A DNA stretch of 64,000 nucleotides from Basidiobolus meristosporus CBS 931.73 (taxonomy: Eukaryota; Fungi; Basidiobolomycota), in assembly GCA_002104905.1 (NCBI GenBank), contig MCFE01000163.1:62001-126000 (forward strand). The letters run 5' to 3'. The notes under the pieces were generated by a model. The model did no database searches. It was not told the DNA's origin and saw nothing but the letters and a program-made list of their open reading frames with translations. The translations under genes were made by a program, and so were the position numbers. This document shows, piece by piece, positions 62,017-64,000 of this stretch; the first letter of the stretch is position 1, and each line of letters begins with the position of its first letter.

Positions 62017-64000
62017 TCATGTGCGTTTCTGCCATATTGTGCATTCAGCAAAAATAAATTCATATTTCCGCTGAGTCTCACGAAGTACAAATGGCACGTG
62101 GAAGGAATCCAAAGTACCGTCGACATTTAGGGATTCGAAAGTATCCCGGAAGCTGGGGTCGTGTGGCTTGACACGAACAAGGTCAAACCAGGGGCTCAAA
62201 ACCTGCTCCAGGCCGTCACGAGTAGTCACATTTTCGCCATCAACCTTCTTGCCTCCGATCCAATTTTCGAATGGAGTGAAGTCAGGCAACCAGGTGTTCG
62301 GCGACAAGATGACAAGAAAACCGCCTGGTACGATGCGTGTGTGAATGGTTTCAAGGAAAGATATGGGGTTGTAGAGACGGTCCAGCACATTGGCGGCCAA
62401 AACACAATGGAAATTGAAGTACACAGGATTGGTGGAGTTCAGGTTGCATGCGTCTCCTTGAAGGAAGAGAACTTTATCTGCTATCACCTGGCGTTCAGCT
62501 GCCTTCTGGCCTACGGGCTGTGGGCCGAAAAGCTGCTCAACCAACTGCAAACCAGCTGAACCATCCAACGGAAGGTCCGAGGATCCTAAAACAACCTCAC
62601 GAAGTGCTTGGATCTCTCCTTCAATGGGTGTTGAGTACCGAATGCTGCCCCGTTGGGCTAATTGGTAGCCCACTTGGATGAACCGTGCCGATAAGTCCAC
62701 TCCCACAACTTGGTCAAAGAACTGCGACATCTCGAAGGTTGAGCGCCCGGTAGCACATCCAAGATCCAAAGCGCGGATGTCCTCCTGTCCTCTCAGCTCA
62801 GAGAACTTCGAGTTCCGCACCAATGCTTCACAGATTCGGGCAGAAACTGCTTGGAAGGATTGCACATTGGGGAAGGGGGGTTGAGGACCATAGTGTCCCT
62901 CACAATAGCAGTTGACTTGGACATCGGTTTCGTACGGATTTCCAGAGGTTTCCTGGCCATTTCCTGTGACGAAAATGTTCTTGGCTTCGAAATCAGCCTC
63001 TCCATCAAGCGCCAGGGCATCTTGACCTATCGGTTGCACAACACGGAAACCGGCGTGTTGATAGAAGTGTCTTCTGAATGCATAGCGAGAATAGATTGTG
63101 GCTTCATTGCCAGTGGCAACCCAGGAGCCGCCTTTGATCAAATTGTGTTGATCATCGAAGGTAGGCGCGGTGAAGTCGTCGTACAGCGGGTGCACCTTGA
63201 AGTCAGCAAAGGGGTACATGCATGTCTTTGTCCATTGCCATACATTCCCCATGATGTCATAGAACGGCCCGGTCTGATACTTGTTAACAGGGCAAGATGA
63301 GGAGTACTTTTGCAGGCCAATATTACAACCGTCCAGCATGTAGTCAGGACCAATCGGGTGGGTGCCCGTTTTTTTGTGCTCCTCCTCCATTGCGTATTGG
63401 AGCATGTGGTTGTACTCTTCCTCGGAGGGCAGACGGGTGAGTTTCCCGGATTTCTGGCTATACCAGCGACAGTACGCATTAGCCTCCAACGCGTTGACTT
63501 CAACGGGCCAGTCCCAGGGCATGCTCGCAGTCTCAGCCAACATGTTCCTCAAGACGTAGGACCCGTCTTCTTTCTTGACCCAGAACCGGGGGGCTTCCGG
63601 CTTGATATACTGGACCCAACGCCATCCTTCCTCGGACCAATATCTCTCTTGGTGGTAGCCGCCATCGTTCATGAATTGATAAAACTCGGCGTTTGATATC
63701 AGTGTCTCGCCAGCTTGGAAGCCGGGGACGGACGCTTCGTGGTAGCCATACTCGTTATCCCAGCCGTAAATGTTGGCGAAATTCTTGAGGTGTGCCTGCG
63801 TGCGCGCCGTGTCCGAGTGGAATGGTCGGCCAAGGGTAACAGAGCCAGCTGGAACCGAGACTAATCTAATGTTTGTCGCGGAAGGATCGTAGGAATTCCA
63901 TTCCTGGCAATCTTGCTTGAAGAATGATTTGTAATCCGGATTAAGATAAGATAACGGGAGATGACGTATGAGCACTGAAGAGGTTTCCAAGTGAATGCGC
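62017..64000 (-). CDS. ovoA: Ovothiol biosynthesis enzyme OvoA (5-histidylcysteine sulfoxide synthase, FGE-sulfatase-like domain, C-terminal SAM methyltransferase); 5' end lies beyond the window
   Basis: The frame at the window edge reads RIHLETSSVLIR (the iron motif HERIHLE, truncated by the edge). Further motifs: WDWPVEVNALEA, GNVWQW, HPLYDDFTAPTFD.QHNLIKGGSW..TGNE, SRYAFRRHFYQHAGFR, then NPYETD..RALDLGCATGR..GVDLSARFI..LQGDACNL..VPFVLRETQRKY. Confidence 0.93.
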   Translation of the reverse strand, partial: RIHLETSSVLIRHLPLSYLNPDYKSFFKQDCQEWNSYDPSATNIRLVSVPAGSVTLGRPFHSDTARTQAHLKNFANIYGWDNEYGYHEASVPGFQAGETLISNAEFYQFMNDGGYHQERYWSEEGWRWVQYIKPEAPRFWVKKEDGSYVLRNMLAETASMPWDWPVEVNALEANAYCRWYSQKSGKLTRLPSEEEYNHMLQYAMEEEHKKTGTHPIGPDYMLDGCNIGLQKYSSSCPVNKYQTGPFYDIMGNVWQWTKTCMYPFADFKVHPLYDDFTAPTFDDQHNLIKGGSWVATGNEATIYSRYAFRRHFYQHAGFRVVQPIGQDALALDGEADFEAKNIFVTGNGQETSGNPYETDVQVNCYCEGHYGPQPPFPNVQSFQAVSARICEALVRNSKFSELRGQEDIRALDLGCATGRSTFEMSQFFDQVVGVDLSARFIQVGYQLAQRGSIRYSTPIEGEIQALREVVLGSSDLPLDGSAGLQLVEQLFGPQPVGQKAAERQVIADKVLFLQGDACNLNSTNPVYFNFHCVLAANVLDRLYNPISFLETIHTRIVPGGFLVILSPNTWLPDFTPFENWIGGKKVDGENVTTRDGLEQVLSPWFDLVRVKPHDPSFRDTFESLNVDGTLDSFHVPFVLRETQRKYEFIFAECTIWQKRT

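Noticed and set aside
62017-64000. Ergothioneine synthase Egt1/EgtB as the identity of the last gene
   Set aside because: The methyltransferase is C-terminal, and the RIHLETSSVLIR and RRHFYQHAGFR motifs are OvoA-type. Fungal Egt1 has an N-terminal EgtD domain.
41490-64000. Oomycete origin (OvoA, DNAAF5 and YkwD-type CAP all occur in oomycetes)
   Set aside because: BiP ([25 protein letters not shown]), RPP0, RPL18 and the C2H2 factor read as fungal by my recognition. A formal phylogeny would be the decisive test.

Overview
Eukaryotic genomic DNA from a fungus. BiP, RPP0 and RPL18 look fungal, and the short GT-AG introns (about 53-95 bp) with CTAAC/CTAAG-type branch points suggest an early-diverging lineage such as Zoopagomycota; this taxonomy is inference only. 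The window has two very different halves. (1) About 1-40.2 kb is AT-rich and almost free of CpG. It is a nest of transposons: two Ty1/copia families (one near-intact 4.7 kb copy with 369-bp LTRs and an AAGGA target-site duplication, TSD), a Ty3/gypsy family, and several decayed CACTA/EnSpm-type (tnp2) DNA transposons that carry a divergent second ORF. (2) About 41.4-64 kb is CpG-rich and gene-dense. In order it holds a secreted bacterial-type CAP/PR-1 protein, an F-box protein, BiP/KAR2, RPP0, a Psr1/CTDSP-like phosphatase, an ACBD5/Atg37-like protein, a mitochondrial PPR protein, RPL18, a C2H2 transcription factor, a 4-exon LAMTOR4-like gene missed by the ORF track, DNAAF5/HEATR2, and, running off the right edge, an ovothiol synthase OvoA (sulfoxide synthase fused to a methyltransferase). 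The three most notable observations are OvoA in a fungus, a box C/D snoRNA in the RPP0 intron with a 16-nt 18S rRNA guide, and the axonemal dynein assembly factor DNAAF5 in what may be a non-flagellated fungus. All alignments and counts were made by eye; no database searches were run.
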